Positions 52,717 to 64,000 of a stretch of 64,000 nucleotides of DNA are shown piece by piece (the stretch's first letter is position 1; every line of letters starts with the position of its first letter). The stretch is from Owenia fusiformis (Eukaryota), in assembly GCA_903813345.2 (NCBI GenBank), contig CAIIXF020000001.1:11532001-11596000 (forward strand). Reading direction: 5' to 3'. The position numbers and the translations under genes are program-made. The notes below the pieces were generated by a model. That model searched no databases. It was not told the DNA's origin and saw only the letters and a list, made by a program, of their open reading frames with translations.

Positions 52717-54472
52717 ACCACCTCCCAAGTGAAACTCTTTAAGAGGTACCAAAGGTGTTGCCCCTGCAAAGGTTTTACTTACTGTAGTTGCTTAAAGACT
52801 AGTCAAAGATAGGAAAATTGTATGTTCTTGGAAAATTAAAGACAGCAGGGATAATGTTAAAGAATATGAAGAAGCAAAATGATGGAAAATATGAAGTTTC
52901 AGGAGACAAGGCAGATGAGGTTTCTACATGTTATCTGATCTGCAAATACTTTTTTAACAATATAATTTAAGACCTGATTATTAAAGCAGTAATGAGTTTA
53001 AGCTAATTTAAAGCTCATAAAAATGATTACATTAAGATCATAAAATGGTAAAATAATCTTTCAAAGCAACTGTGGATGATACAATATTACAGCAAGTATA
53101 TTTACCATGATCACTATGGTATTAGGTGTATAAAGCACTTCGATTAAAATGATATAGAGTGTTCTTTATACCCGAGATTTTTTGATTTTCTTTTGACTAG
53201 AGTGCACAAATAATATGGTGTACCAGAATCCTTGTAAGTACGGTAAATCAAAAGATGTACATACATGTATATAGATTATTTAGTTAGAAGGATTGAATAT
53301 GCATTTTATCCTGAGGGAGGGACAATATGATATTTCAACAGGTATCTAGAGAAAGTAAAGATTCGAGGTTGATTAACTCAAACCTTATGATATTTCCCTT
53401 GATGTTTCCCTTTAATATCATATTGCTCAAGTAGAATATCAAATCATAGGCTTTCAGAAGTTTTTTGAAAGCACATGATCAAATCACTTTAGTACTGTAT
53501 AAAACCCATGCTCAATCCCTCTCAGTAAATAACCTATATTTACCTACATTTATTCAACTAAACAGTATCTTATTTTGGTAACATATAATTCAAAATTTAG
53601 CTTAAATATGCTAATACACAACAGAGTAAGAAATACATTTTGGACAAGAGAAATATAACTTGGGAAAGATTATAAGTCATTGTTTATGTTTCTCACGTTA
53701 TGAAAGTGAGTAAGGTATGGAGCTGTAATTATGCAAAGTGGAATACACAGTTGAAAGTGAGGCTTGACAAATATGCAATATGCAGTAAATGGGTCTCTGA
53801 CTGAAGTAAAGTAAAGAAAAAAACCTGTATATAGTGAACACCTATGAAACCACAAACAAAGTGTTCACTGTAGGCAGGTTTTCACTACAGGTTATTACAT
53901 GAATAAAACGTGCCTTGAAGTGGTGTTCACTAAACACAGGTGTTCACAAGAGATAGGACTTCAAAAAAGGTGTGCATTAAAGACAGGTTTTACTGTTTTT
54001 TATGTGCAATATGATTTATACAGAGTGATACTAATATACAAGACTTCTTAATCGTAATCTTCTAATCTTCTTGATCTGCGATTAGCCAATGAGAAAGTGA
54101 GAAACATCCCAATGATATAATAATCAAATGCAATTAATTACACTAACTACGCTAAACAAAGTTACATATTTCTTTTTTTCCTTGGCCTTTAAATAAAGGA
54201 AATGGAAAACCCCATATTATTCAGCACTCCTTGTTTTACATGTGTATATCTTATCTTTCATGGCATGTGATTGATGTGACTAATCACAAAATGATAAGCC
54301 TTACATTTTGATTGTAAATATCCTATAATTTATGAATAATATTTCTAATTATTCATATTTTATTCATCTTTAGATGATTTTTATTCATTAGTAGATATGA
54401 TATGATAAAGTCTATAAAGAAGAAAATGATAGCATAGGAATCAACTAATGAATAAAAATGATCTTATAATCA

Positions 54473-55151
54473 CACTCTATGCAGACTGTGCTATACCAAA
54501 ACAAGCGGTGCGGATATCATGTGTGCAAAGTGGGGATATTAACGGTCATTTTTGAAATAGAATTTGTGATATTTCACAAACTAAGGCTTGTTGGGTACTC
54601 AATTATATTCATACATGTGTACAGGTTCCCTAATAAAAAGGAAATTATGTAAATCGGTGTAACCTTCATTCTATAGCAACACATCAAGATTGAGATGCCC
54701 TATCAATTCAAATTATATTTGCATTTTGAAAGTTGAAAGGTTTCTGTGTGATTTAATACAAAATGGGAAACATTAAACAATAATGTGCAACCTCTAAACA
54801 AGTGGTGCGGATATCCGTAAAGTGATGTTATCCGCACCGCTTGTTTAGAGGTAGAACATATCCAATAAATCTTTTTAATTTTTCAAAAATTCACATAGAA
54901 AGTTTTTGACTTTAAAAATGAAAAAATAATTTATGTTGATAGGTCATCTCGATCACCTATACTGAATGAAGGCCATAAACTGTGTATTAAAGCAGCAATA
55001 TCAAATTCTTTGCAATGGAGAAAGGATGAATGCTTAGTGCAACATGCCTTGTTTATGAAATACAACAAATTCAAATATGACCATTAATATCCGCACCTTA
55101 TGCACATGATATCCACACCGCTTGTTTTCTTTTAGCAGTCTGTATAGGGTG
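54473..55151. mobile_element. Transib-like (CAC...GTG) MITE with internal palindrome
   Basis: CACTCTATGCAGACTG / CAGTCTGTATAGGGTG with an ~80-bp TIR; flanks AATCA / AACCA; central hairpin at 54790-54852. Confidence 0.75.
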
Positions 55152-55946
55152 AACCATAACAGTCTATTAAGGTATAATTTCAATGTACATTTATCGATGT
55201 GGGCAATGATTTTGAAGCATCACAAGATACAGGGTGTTCAAAAAGAAACAGGAAAACATTGTGTAGTCCTATAACTTTATTTTGGGAAGACCTTCTACAG
55301 TATGTATTTCGCTGAGCTCATGGAATTCTATATATTGTATTAGGATATATCTACAGTACATGCTCAGCTATAACTTACAGTCCTCAGCTGCTTTCAAAGA
55401 TTCACAGTTAACACCTTTAATTTAATCAGAATAGATGTAAATTCTAAAAATTGAAATTACAGCTCAGACTCTATATCTTTATTCAGACTATATATCATTA
55501 TTCCTAATAATGGGTGAAAGTGTACATTTACAAAATTTGTTAGTTCCCGGCATAGCATCTTGAAGTACTAATGACAATGAGAGCAGTGGTGAAAAAAGAT
55601 AAGAACAGAGGGTGGGGGGAGTCTGAGCTGAGGTGGGTATGGGTGAAAACAGGGGAGATATTGCAAATATTTCATACAATACAAACTGTGAATTTGTAAC
55701 AATTTCCCAAAAAATTAAACGAGGCATAGCATGAACAAGAGCATATCACAAGGTAGGCACCAATCATATTAAGTATAATGACAAGAAAATGGAACAACAC
55801 AGAAAGTGTCCAAAATAGCTTCAAAAAATTTAATCAGCTCTAAAACTTGATACCATTCCAGCCTGATATCAAAATATTGCCGTATACAATGGTGGACATG
55901 TATTTATGATAGACTTTATGAGTATCATTTGTATGTAAAAACTCAC

Positions 55947-56045
55947 CAGTGAACTTAATCTTGCATTTACAGATGTAGGAGTTAATATCATCCACACAAA
56001 ATCCATCGTTCTTGCATGGGTTACTCAAACACTGGTCGCCATCGC
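55947..56045 (-). CDS. EGF exon (domain split by the following intron)
   Basis: [32 protein letters not shown], then G|GTGAGT. Continues as GINCE in the next exon. Confidence 0.88.
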
Positions 56046-56467
56046 CTTAATTCAAAACACAGTAATTAGAGTACCAAAAGGGAATAGTGTCAAACAGTTT
56101 GAAAGAGAACAGTACCAAACAGTTTGAAACATTTAAAAATGTATATTTTCCAACTCAATCATAAAAAAAACATTCAATCTCTTTCATAAAACTATCTGCA
56201 TCAACCAAATTGAAACTAAAACTAAAATATGTCATGCTGGCGAGGTTTTGAAATGAAGCATCAGACTGAAATATTTTAATTAAAAAAGAATTAAGTTAAA
56301 ACAGGAATATCACAATTATAATATATATATTTATGTATTCTAAATGTATATGTCCTTTTTATTCCATGTTTGGGCAAATTTTACAACACAACAGGAAGAG
56401 GTGTATAAGAGTAGGATACATGGAGCATTTTATGTAAAACATACATGTATACAGAGCACCTACATAC

Positions 56468-56613
56468 CTTTGACAGTCAGCATTACTGAATCTGAGGCCT
56501 GTTTCCTCTGACCATCATACACTGTTAATCTGAACTTATATTTTCCAGTTCTAAAGTTGGATATCACAGGCTTTGGCTGGTTAAACCGGCGAATGGTGGC
56601 CATAGCTGGTCCT
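56468..56613 (-). CDS. PKD domain 2, second half
   Basis: GPAMATIRRFNQPKPVISNFRTGKYKFRLTVYDGQRKQASDSVMLTVK; phase 2-1. Confidence 0.88.
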
Positions 56614-57308
56614 CTGTGGATAGAAATGAAGAATTTTATGGACAAACTGGTGAATAGTGGCCATAGCTGGTCCTCTGTGGATAGAAATATAGAAGGTTAG
56701 GGACAAACTGGTGAATGGTGGCCATAGCTGGGCCTCTTTGGATAGAAATATAGAAGGTTAGGGACAAACTGGTGAATGGTGGCCATAGCTGGGCCTCTTT
56801 GGATAGAAATATAGAATTTTATGGACAAACTGGTGAATGGTGGCCATAGCTGGTCCTCTGTGGATAGAAATATAGAAGGTTAGGGACAAACTGGTGAATG
56901 GTGGCCATAGCTGGGCCTCTTTGGATAGAAATATAGAAGGTTAGGGACAAACTGGTGAATGGTGGCCATAGCTGGGCCTCTTTGAATAGAAATACAGAAG
57001 GTTAGGGACAAACTGGTGAATGATGGCCATAGCTGGGCCTCTTTGGATAGAAATATAGAAGGTTAGGGAAAAACTGGTGAATGGTGGCCATAGCTGGTCC
57101 TCTTTGGATAGAAATATAGAAGGTTAGGGACAAACTGGTGAATGGTGGCCATAGCTGGTCCTCTTTGGATAGAAATATAGAAGGTTAGGGAAAAACTGGT
57201 GAATGGTGGCCATAGCTGGTCCTCTTTGGATAGAAATATAGAAGGTAAGGGACAAACTAATGGTGGCTCTTTGGATAGAAATATAGGAGGTAAGGGGCAA
57301 ACTAATGG
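56583..57308. repeat. 61-bp minisatellite (11 copies plus truncated units) spanning an intron/exon junction
   Basis: CATAGC recurs at 56601, 56662, 56723 ... 57211 with an exact 61-bp period. Confidence 0.95.
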
Positions 57309-57570
57309 CACCACCTGCGATTTGTTATTGACAGCATTTTTATAGACCTCATGTTTCAGACACTGACTGCAGAATGCTGAACACCAACCGCCATCCACAA
57401 AGTTTGAGACTGTACTATTATATCACTGCTTGGGGTGGTGATTTAATGATATCACTCAAAGTGATCTGATAATGTATAATACAACAAAAAATCTGGTTGT
57501 CATGTACAAAAAAACAACAACAATGTGTGATAATAATTTCCTCTTATATGTACAATATTTGAATACTCAC

Positions 57571-57703
57571 GCCTCTTGTGACCACCTATATCTCAAAATG
57601 CCCTTGTCATCTGAGCTCTTAGTGCCATCAAGCTGCACCTCAGGCTCACCAAATGTAGTCTCCACATCATCACCTGCATTGGCGATTGGTGGTGGGTTCT
57701 CAG
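57571..57703 (-). CDS. PKD domain 2, first half (KIAA0319-type)
   Basis: ENPPPIANAGDDVETTFGEPEVQLDGTKSSDDKGILRYRWSQE; phase 1-2. Confidence 0.9.
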
Positions 57704-58052
57704 CTGGAATACATTCATTATTCAATTTACATGTACACCAATTTCCATACCAGACCGTTCATACATAGGAAGTTTTTCCAATTTATACATGGTTTCACCA
57801 ATTTCAACATGCTCTAAAATTTTCCAAAATTTTGTTCGATCTGGTAAGGAAAAAATGAACTGAATGTTTTCGTATTCAAGCAGTTTATTTTTCATAAATA
57901 GATTACAGTAAAACCTGTCTTTGTGAACACCTCTCTCTAGTTACCCTCTGTAGTGAACACCTACCAAAACTGAAAGTTTTTTCTTGGCAAAAAATGTTCA
58001 ATATACCCAGATTTCACTGTACTATCTACAGTATGTGTATGAAATCCCTTAC

Positions 58053-58194
58053 TTTTGACCTCTACTCTGACTTTGTCTTCATCTTCCAGACCATCAGAGT
58101 CAGTGACCTTCACCTTAAACACATAGATCCCATCCTGCAGGTTGGACAATATTGCCTTTGGACCATTCTCACTTTTATATCAACTGGGGGACCA
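58053..58194 (-). pseudogene. PKD domain 1, second half, with a 1-nt frameshift
   Basis: GPPVDIK and ENGPKAILSNLQDGIYVFKVKVTDSDGLEDEDKVRVEVK lie in different frames. The exon is 142 nt where 143 is needed. Confidence 0.85.
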
Positions 58195-58517
58195 CTGAAA
58201 ATATAAGTTTTTATTTGTTTATATAGATATTTGTATATTAGAATATTGTATACAGATATGAACTGGAAAAACAAATAGATACTAGTATTGGTACATGTAC
58301 ATGTGTCTTAGAGATTTCATGATTCAGTTGAACAAATCAAGAACACAAAATAAACACACTTAAAAATGTCAAAAAATTCCTTTTAATCTTCTATAGGGAA
58401 AAGTTGACTATTCTATTATGACTTAAACCTGTTCCAACATAAAAATTTCAATTTTGTGATTTGAGTTGCCTAGCATTATGTGTCCATGCACTTGGTATGT
58501 ATGTATGGAAAGCCTAC

Positions 58518-58647
58518 CTTTGTTTCTCCCATTGGTATCTCAGGCCTGGTTGTTCATCCTTACTGCCAGAAGCATCCAATGTAACAGCCTCAGGTCCTGG
58601 TAATGAGATGTATTGGGCCTTGCCAGCATTCGCCTTAGGGGGGATTT
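58518..58647 (-). CDS. PKD domain 1, first half
   Basis: IPPKANAGKAQYISLPGPEAVTLDASGSKDEQPGLRYQWEKQ; phase 1-2. Confidence 0.9.
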
Positions 58648-58904
58648 CTAACAACAAAAATACATGTAATGTGTCTTGGTTATTTCAGAGCAATCCTCAA
58701 TATTTTCTCAACCAAATGCAAATTAAGTTAATATCAACCTAATCTCCATAGGAAACATAGAAGACTGGTTAAAATTAAGTTTACAAGAGAGGAACCGAAA
58801 TACAATGGTTTTACCTCCAAGATTTTGTCACCATTTCCAACAGCAATTACACAAATGTACCTTTGTAACTATTTCGGAAAATATGTCCAAAGCTTCCACC
58901 TTAC

Positions 58905-58989
58905 CTATTTTGATCGAGACATTCTTGATATCACATAGACTGTCATACACCTTCTTGGTTTCATTCACCAAAAGATCAAATGAAGGCAC
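58905..58989 (-). CDS. VWA domain 2, last exon
   Basis: VPSFDLLVNETKKVYDSLCDIKNVSIKI; phase 0-1. Confidence 0.85.
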
Positions 58990-59322
58990 CTGAAATCAAA
59001 TAATTCACAAGGAAATGTCATCAATGTGTAATATAAGCACACATGCCAAAAGGGAAAAAGAGGCATCTAAGAGCACAAGCAGTCATCAGGAAAACAAACA
59101 CCCCAATAACCCAAATTATGACCTAAATAACCTGGACACAAACACCCACTCTCCACTTTAATGAAATGGTGAAGATTTCAAATTCATAGCTTTCACAACT
59201 GCATTGAAAATTTCATTTTGAGATCACAGATAGCTAGCGTCTCGTCATCCCATGGTCACTCGAGAGAGTTTTTGACAGCTGACCCATAAAGTGGGCTGAG
59301 CAGCAGAGTAAAACATACTTAC

Positions 59323-59433
59323 CAAGAAGACTGATGATGGGTCATTGACTATTTTCTGCAGTTCTTCAGTTCTGTTTGACATGTTCACTCCAATACCTAT
59401 AATCTTAACACCAGAGTTACGCAGCTTTCGCGA
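59323..59433 (-). CDS. VWA domain 2, third exon
   Basis: SRKLRNSGVKIIGIGVNMSNRTEELQKIVNDPSSVFL; phase 0-0. Confidence 0.88.
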
Positions 59434-59746
59434 CTGAAATACACATTGAATAAATACCTAACTTACATATCTTTACTTTAAATGATAAATTATATCATAT
59501 ACAGTATACAGTTCAATGATTGAGCATTACATGCTAATAATATATGACATCAGAAAATGCTGAGCACCATGTATGTTCAATTTATTAATATTAAATACAT
59601 TTAATGGTTCAGTTTAAATATTTCAAAATGGGTCGAAAAACATGTATAACATCATATGATGAACTGTAACCAATACAAAAATTGCCTTGTGTATATGATA
59701 TACAGATGTGGCTCATGAGCTTTAGGGCTCCTTTCCGATCTCATAC

Positions 59747-59995
59747 CCCACTCAATGGAACTTCAGGGTTGATATTTGATTCTCCATCCACAATAAGTAT
59801 AACAATATTAGGTCTGTTTTTGCGATCCTTTCCATAAAACACGTCTTCATTCAACACTTGGAAGCCCTCTCCGGTGTTTGTGCTGCCCCCATAGTAGTCT
59901 GTTCTGTCTAGACCCCTCAGGACACCCTCCTTAGTGTAATACTGCTCAAAGCCAAATTGGATATCAGCCTCTGTACTGAATGTTACTAAGGCAAC
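59747..59995 (-). CDS. VWA domain 2, second exon
   Basis: VALVTFSTEA...YYGGSTNTGEG...RPNIVILIVDGESN; phase 0-0. Confidence 0.9.
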
Positions 59996-60305
59996 CTATA
60001 AAAGAACCATGGCGATTATTAACATTGACTTTCACAGAGTTGAACATATTGCACTCAACTGCCATTCAAACGAGTCAGTCAACTTAGACACCTTTATAAT
60101 TTATAATATTGAGTCGAAAAGCTCATAGTGGTCAGATTAAAATAGGCACTAACGTGCAAAATATCTGCCATTGGTTACAGACGCTGAAAGCTGAACACCG
60201 ACCACCGAACATCAATGCTAAAAAAGTTGAAGACTATATATACTACAGTATGTCCACTAAACTCTATACTGATCTATCTACGTATAAGTTGGAAAGTGTT
60301 ATTAC

Positions 60306-60439
60306 CTGAGAATGACTCCCTCCCACATGAAGTTTCTCAATTATGGTCTTCACAAATGCCTTGACCTTAGCAAAGTTCGACTCTCCCATTGAGAAGGACT
60401 GATCAAAAAGGAAAGCAAGATTCCTCCTTGCTGGACACC
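60306..60439 (-). CDS. VWA domain 2, first exon
   Basis: CPARRNLAFLFDQSFSMGESNFAKVKAFV (DxSxS); phase 1-0. Confidence 0.9.
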
Positions 60440-60534
60440 CTGAAGGAAAAAACATACATACAGACAAATGGAATAAGAAACAGGGCATTAATATGGCAAA
60501 AGGTCACCACCTAGTTGCTCACAATATTATTAGA

Positions 60535-60995
60535 TTAATCTTAAGTCAGATTTGAATTTCTTAAAACTCTGTAGAGGATTTTGAAAAAAATGTCAATTTG
60601 AAGCAAAAAAATACCTTTTTTTACCCTGAGAAGGTCATTGAAGGTGAAAACTGAAAGTCAGATTTGAAAGTCAGATTTGAACTTCTGAGAACTTGTAGAT
60701 GATTTTGAAACAAATTGGTCAATTTGAAGCAAGTTGAAAAAATACCTTTTTGAACCTTTTTTTAAAAGGTCAAATCTTAAATGTAAAGTCAGAATTGAAC
60801 TTCTGAAAACTTGTAGATGATTTGGAAAAAAATTGAAGTCAGTCTAAAAAGTATTTGTTAAGTTATTGGAAGTTTTAAGAATTTGTTACAGACGCCAACC
60901 ACCAACCGCCAGCCACCGATTGCCAACCACCGATCAACAACCGCAGCCACAAAAAACGGAGATCATAACATGATAACAATATGTCACCACTTTTT
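60535..60995 (+). mobile_element. HINE-like element with tandem core repeats
   Basis: Three to four AAGTCAGATTTGAA...TGTAGATGATTTTG units, followed by TTGTTACAGACGCC, a CCA/CCG microsatellite and TATGTCACCAC. Confidence 0.65.
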
Positions 60996-61124
60996 AATAT
61001 TTGTAATGGTATTTTGAAACAAGTTAAAAAGCCCTTTACTTTGTATTCTGCCTTCTTTATAACTAAAAAAATTCATCATTCAACACAGGAAAAGTCAAGA
61101 TTAAAAATATTTTCAGGCTCTTAC

Positions 61125-61238
61125 CATGTTCACATTTATCCCCTGAGAAGCCCTCTACACATTCACACACATAAGTGGTAATTTTGTCAACACATGAACC
61201 TCCATTCAAACAGGGGTTCTCTGTACAGAAACCTGTGT
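61125..61238 (-). CDS. EGF exon
   Basis: [37 protein letters not shown]; phase 1-1. Confidence 0.9.
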
Positions 61239-61511
61239 CTGAAATACATGTGGGAACATAAATCTTAAGTGGCAATTAAATCTTATGTAGATTTTTATCT
61301 CTCATGGGTCCCTTTAAGAATTATATGTGGTATTGAATTGGATGCAAATATACACATTTAAGTAATATCTTGTGATATTATTCTATTTCTATGTCAAATG
61401 ACAATTCATGAAAAGAATTTCGTCATAGAGATCTGATTCTTGAAAATATTGCAGGAATTCAAAAAGTCAATATTTTCAAAATGTTTTTTTTAATCAATGA
61501 ACTTGGCAAAC

Positions 61512-61710
61512 CTTGACAAATAGCCTTTATAATCTTTGTTTCTACTTTCTCAAGGTCTATAAACTCTTTCGCAATGCAATGTATGCATTCATTTCTGAAG
61601 GTTCACTGGCGATAGCGAGAAGTTCCTGGCGTCCTATGTCCGAGATGTTCATACCAACTGTTATGATGTGGATGTCATGCTTCTTAGCCTTTCTTGCTTC
61701 AGTAATTGTC
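61512..61710 (-). pseudogene. VWA domain 1, last exon, with a 5-bp duplication frameshift
   Basis: TITEARKAKKHDIHIITVGMN...ELLAIASEPSEMNAYIA, then the ATTGC duplication leads to TAG at 61559-61557. The repaired frame continues KEFIDLEKVETKIIKAICQ. Confidence 0.88.
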
Positions 61711-61901
61711 CTTATAAATAAAAATAACTCAAGGTTGATTTAGAGCTTGAAAATCTCCTTTACCAATTTTTACCAAAGAGAGGTGTCTATTTGAACTGAA
61801 CTTGAATAGTTCTATATTATATCATATGTACATGTATCTATTCAGAAAACATTGATTATATTGAATTGTCTGCCTCGATCCCTTTAACATTTGGTTCATA
61901 C

Positions 61902-62083
61902 CTGAATGTGTTTATGTTAGATTCCCCATCAGTCATTAGGATGGCAATGTTCTGTATATTTGGTCGATCACCATTGTAATGGCGGAACATCTTACGTCTC
62001 AACATGGAAAGAGCTGCCCCTGTATAGGTGTCGCCATATTCATATTCAAGAGCTCCAATAGCACGATGTAAACTCAATTTGTC
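61902..62083 (-). CDS. VWA domain 1, internal exon
   Basis: DKLSLHRAIGALEYEYGDTYTGAAL...GDRPNIQNIAILMTDGESN; CAG acceptor and AG|GTATGA donor. Confidence 0.9.
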
Positions 62084-64000
62084 CTGTAAATATTAAAATA
62101 TAAATGTGTAAATGCAAATGTTAAATCTTAAACCATTTTTGTTCTTGTTTTTCCTGTAGCTTTTATTTATTTTATGGATCAGGTTGATATTTCAAACATT
62201 GTATACTGATGAACTTGATGAATTCTGATTAACGTCAAGTTTTGGTAGTTGCAGATGGCTCTCAATTAAAATTAAAATATTCTCTAACACAAGAAAAACT
62301 AGGGATACTATAAACTTTTTATTTCTACTTTCCAGTTTTCATGCATCAAAACACTTCAACCATACTACACCTGTTGAGAATTCGAAAAATACCTTGTACC
62401 CTATTGAAATCATTTTTTGTTTGAGATTTTTGATACTTCTTATAATAATATTTTCGTCTTTTACATTACACTATACTTGGCAATATCACTTAAATATTTG
62501 GAGATCTCTTAAATAAAGAGTGAATGCATGGCCATAGCTAATGAAGCAGGTGAAAATATTCATCTAAATTCAATGTTAAGAGCAAACCAAACTCAGAATC
62601 CCATGTATTGCCCATGGTCTTACCGAAATTATTGTGTGGTTTAAAATGCAGCTCTAAAATTCATCCAGCTTTTCCATTTAATTTAATATCTAATCAAACT
62701 AATTCCCCCTCAAATGATCCCCATGTACATGTTACTGTAAATCATGTTATTGCCACAGAAATTCTTAAACAAAATAGTCTTAAAAAATTCCACAAAAAAA
62801 CTTTTTTTGATTACAATAATTATGATTAAAACCTCACAAACAAACTGATATTAGATAGCTTAGAATAATTTGAAAGGTCGGTTTTTCTATAAATGTGTTT
62901 TAATTGAGAAATATGAGCATAGAATTGACCAATTTCAAACAAAATGTGTTTTTTTAAATTGTCTTCCAGAGTGACCAGATCAGCCTGACCTTGTAATTCT
63001 TGCAAAGGCCATCAATTTCAATTCTAATAATAGATCTGTCAATCAAATCTTGGACTGCATTGTACTGAAATGTTATTTCTAGTTTGATTGTTCATGTTTT
63101 GGGATTTTGATTTTCTATAATAACTAGAATTGAAGTTTTGAAATAATGTTCAACATTTAATTTTGATGCATTATAAAAAGTATTCAAATATATGAGGTCA
63201 AAATGACCTATTTCATGCAACAAACTAGTGAGGTTTATAATCTAGGAAAATCAGCAATGATTTAAAATTATAAAAATGAATTTTGAAAGAAAAACATAAT
63301 TTCTGATAAAATCTTAGTTGATTGATTAAGTTGTTTGTAGATATCTACACGGGTAACTAGAGTATCCGCGTATATTGAGTATGACCGGTTCTTAGGCTAC
63401 GAATATGACCTGTTTTGGAAAGTCATGAGAGGCACAGCTGCTTAAAAATGGAAAATAAAGGTTAACTTCTATATTATCCTTTTTGAAATTGTGTTTGTTG
63501 AATATAGTTTATGCTGTATTTAATAGTAATGTAACAAAAAAATGTTAAACATGAGCTATTTTAGCAATGTAACTGTTCATAATGGAATATCAATCAGAAA
63601 GTACAGATTTCTCGCCTTAGAGCCAAATCATTAATATCACAGTAGAAAAAAACAAATCCCAAACCTTTTTATGGCTAACCTGAACAAGATCTCCAAATCT
63701 CAGTTTATATGATCCCCCGTAGAGTGAGCAATAGAAGGATCTATCTTTTCCCAGAGGATACGCTTGTGAAATGTCGTGGAAACGAGTGTAACACGGCCCA
63801 CTGATTGTTTCACAATCGTATTCTCCAATAATGGGGCACCAGTGACATTCGTATTCTCAAAAATTCAAAGATGTATCATATTTGGACAGAGCAGGCTAAA
63901 TTATTTAAAATATTCATGACTAATTCGTAGATCTAGCTATATATTATACATACGATGTGTCATCCTCTTCGGAGTTGCGTTGTGTTACACAAAAACTGAT

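Larger units (their letters stand above)
45014..62083 (-). pseudogene. Multidomain ECM-type gene (VWA-EGF-VWA-PKD-PKD-EGF-EGF-EGF-[decayed EGF]-EGF-VWA), 5' end beyond the window, multiply disrupted
   Basis: Fifteen phase-compatible exons plus one decayed exon. Lesions: 5-bp duplication 61571-61580, 1-nt deletion ~58173-58176, TAA 50344-50346, TAA 46993-46995. Confidence 0.8.

Noticed and set aside
56583-57308. CRISPR-like regular arrays (also 32930-33470 and 49600-50331)
   Set aside because: Units are contiguous with no unique spacers, there are no cas genes, and the context is eukaryotic introns.
58165-58176. Alternative AAG acceptor that would bypass the PKD1 frameshift
   Set aside because: It has no polypyrimidine tract and removes the conserved GP motif, while the upstream TTTTCAG is much stronger. 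It cannot be fully excluded without RNA data.

Overview
AT-rich, intron-containing animal genomic DNA. The repeat landscape resembles marine invertebrates such as lophotrochozoans, but that is inference and the species cannot be read from the sequence. Most six-frame ORFs are spurious, so I rebuilt genes by hand from GT-AG sites and codon phase. (1) Two tandem + strand six-exon phospholipid/lipid-phosphate phosphatase (PAP2/PLPP, wunen-like) paralogues, at 10495-27251 (333 aa) and 31918-43008 (294 aa), with near-identical exon lengths. (2) A convergent - strand extracellular-matrix gene entering from the right edge, with architecture VWA-EGF-VWA-PKD-PKD-EGFx4-5-VWA (45014-62083). Most of its splice sites are intact, but it carries two frameshifts, two in-frame stops and one decayed exon, so it is probably a recent pseudogene. 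A 61-bp minisatellite built from one of its splice acceptors sits inside it. (3) A possible first exon of an unknown - strand gene at the left edge. (4) Many non-autonomous DNA transposons: Tc1/mariner and pogo-type MITEs, a Mutator/Foldback-like element with a 9-bp TSD, Transib-like MITEs with 5-bp TSDs (one with RSS-heptamer ends), two families of ultra-short MITEs with 9-bp TSDs, and Helentron/HINE-like elements. I found no tRNA, rRNA, CRISPR array or autonomous transposase.
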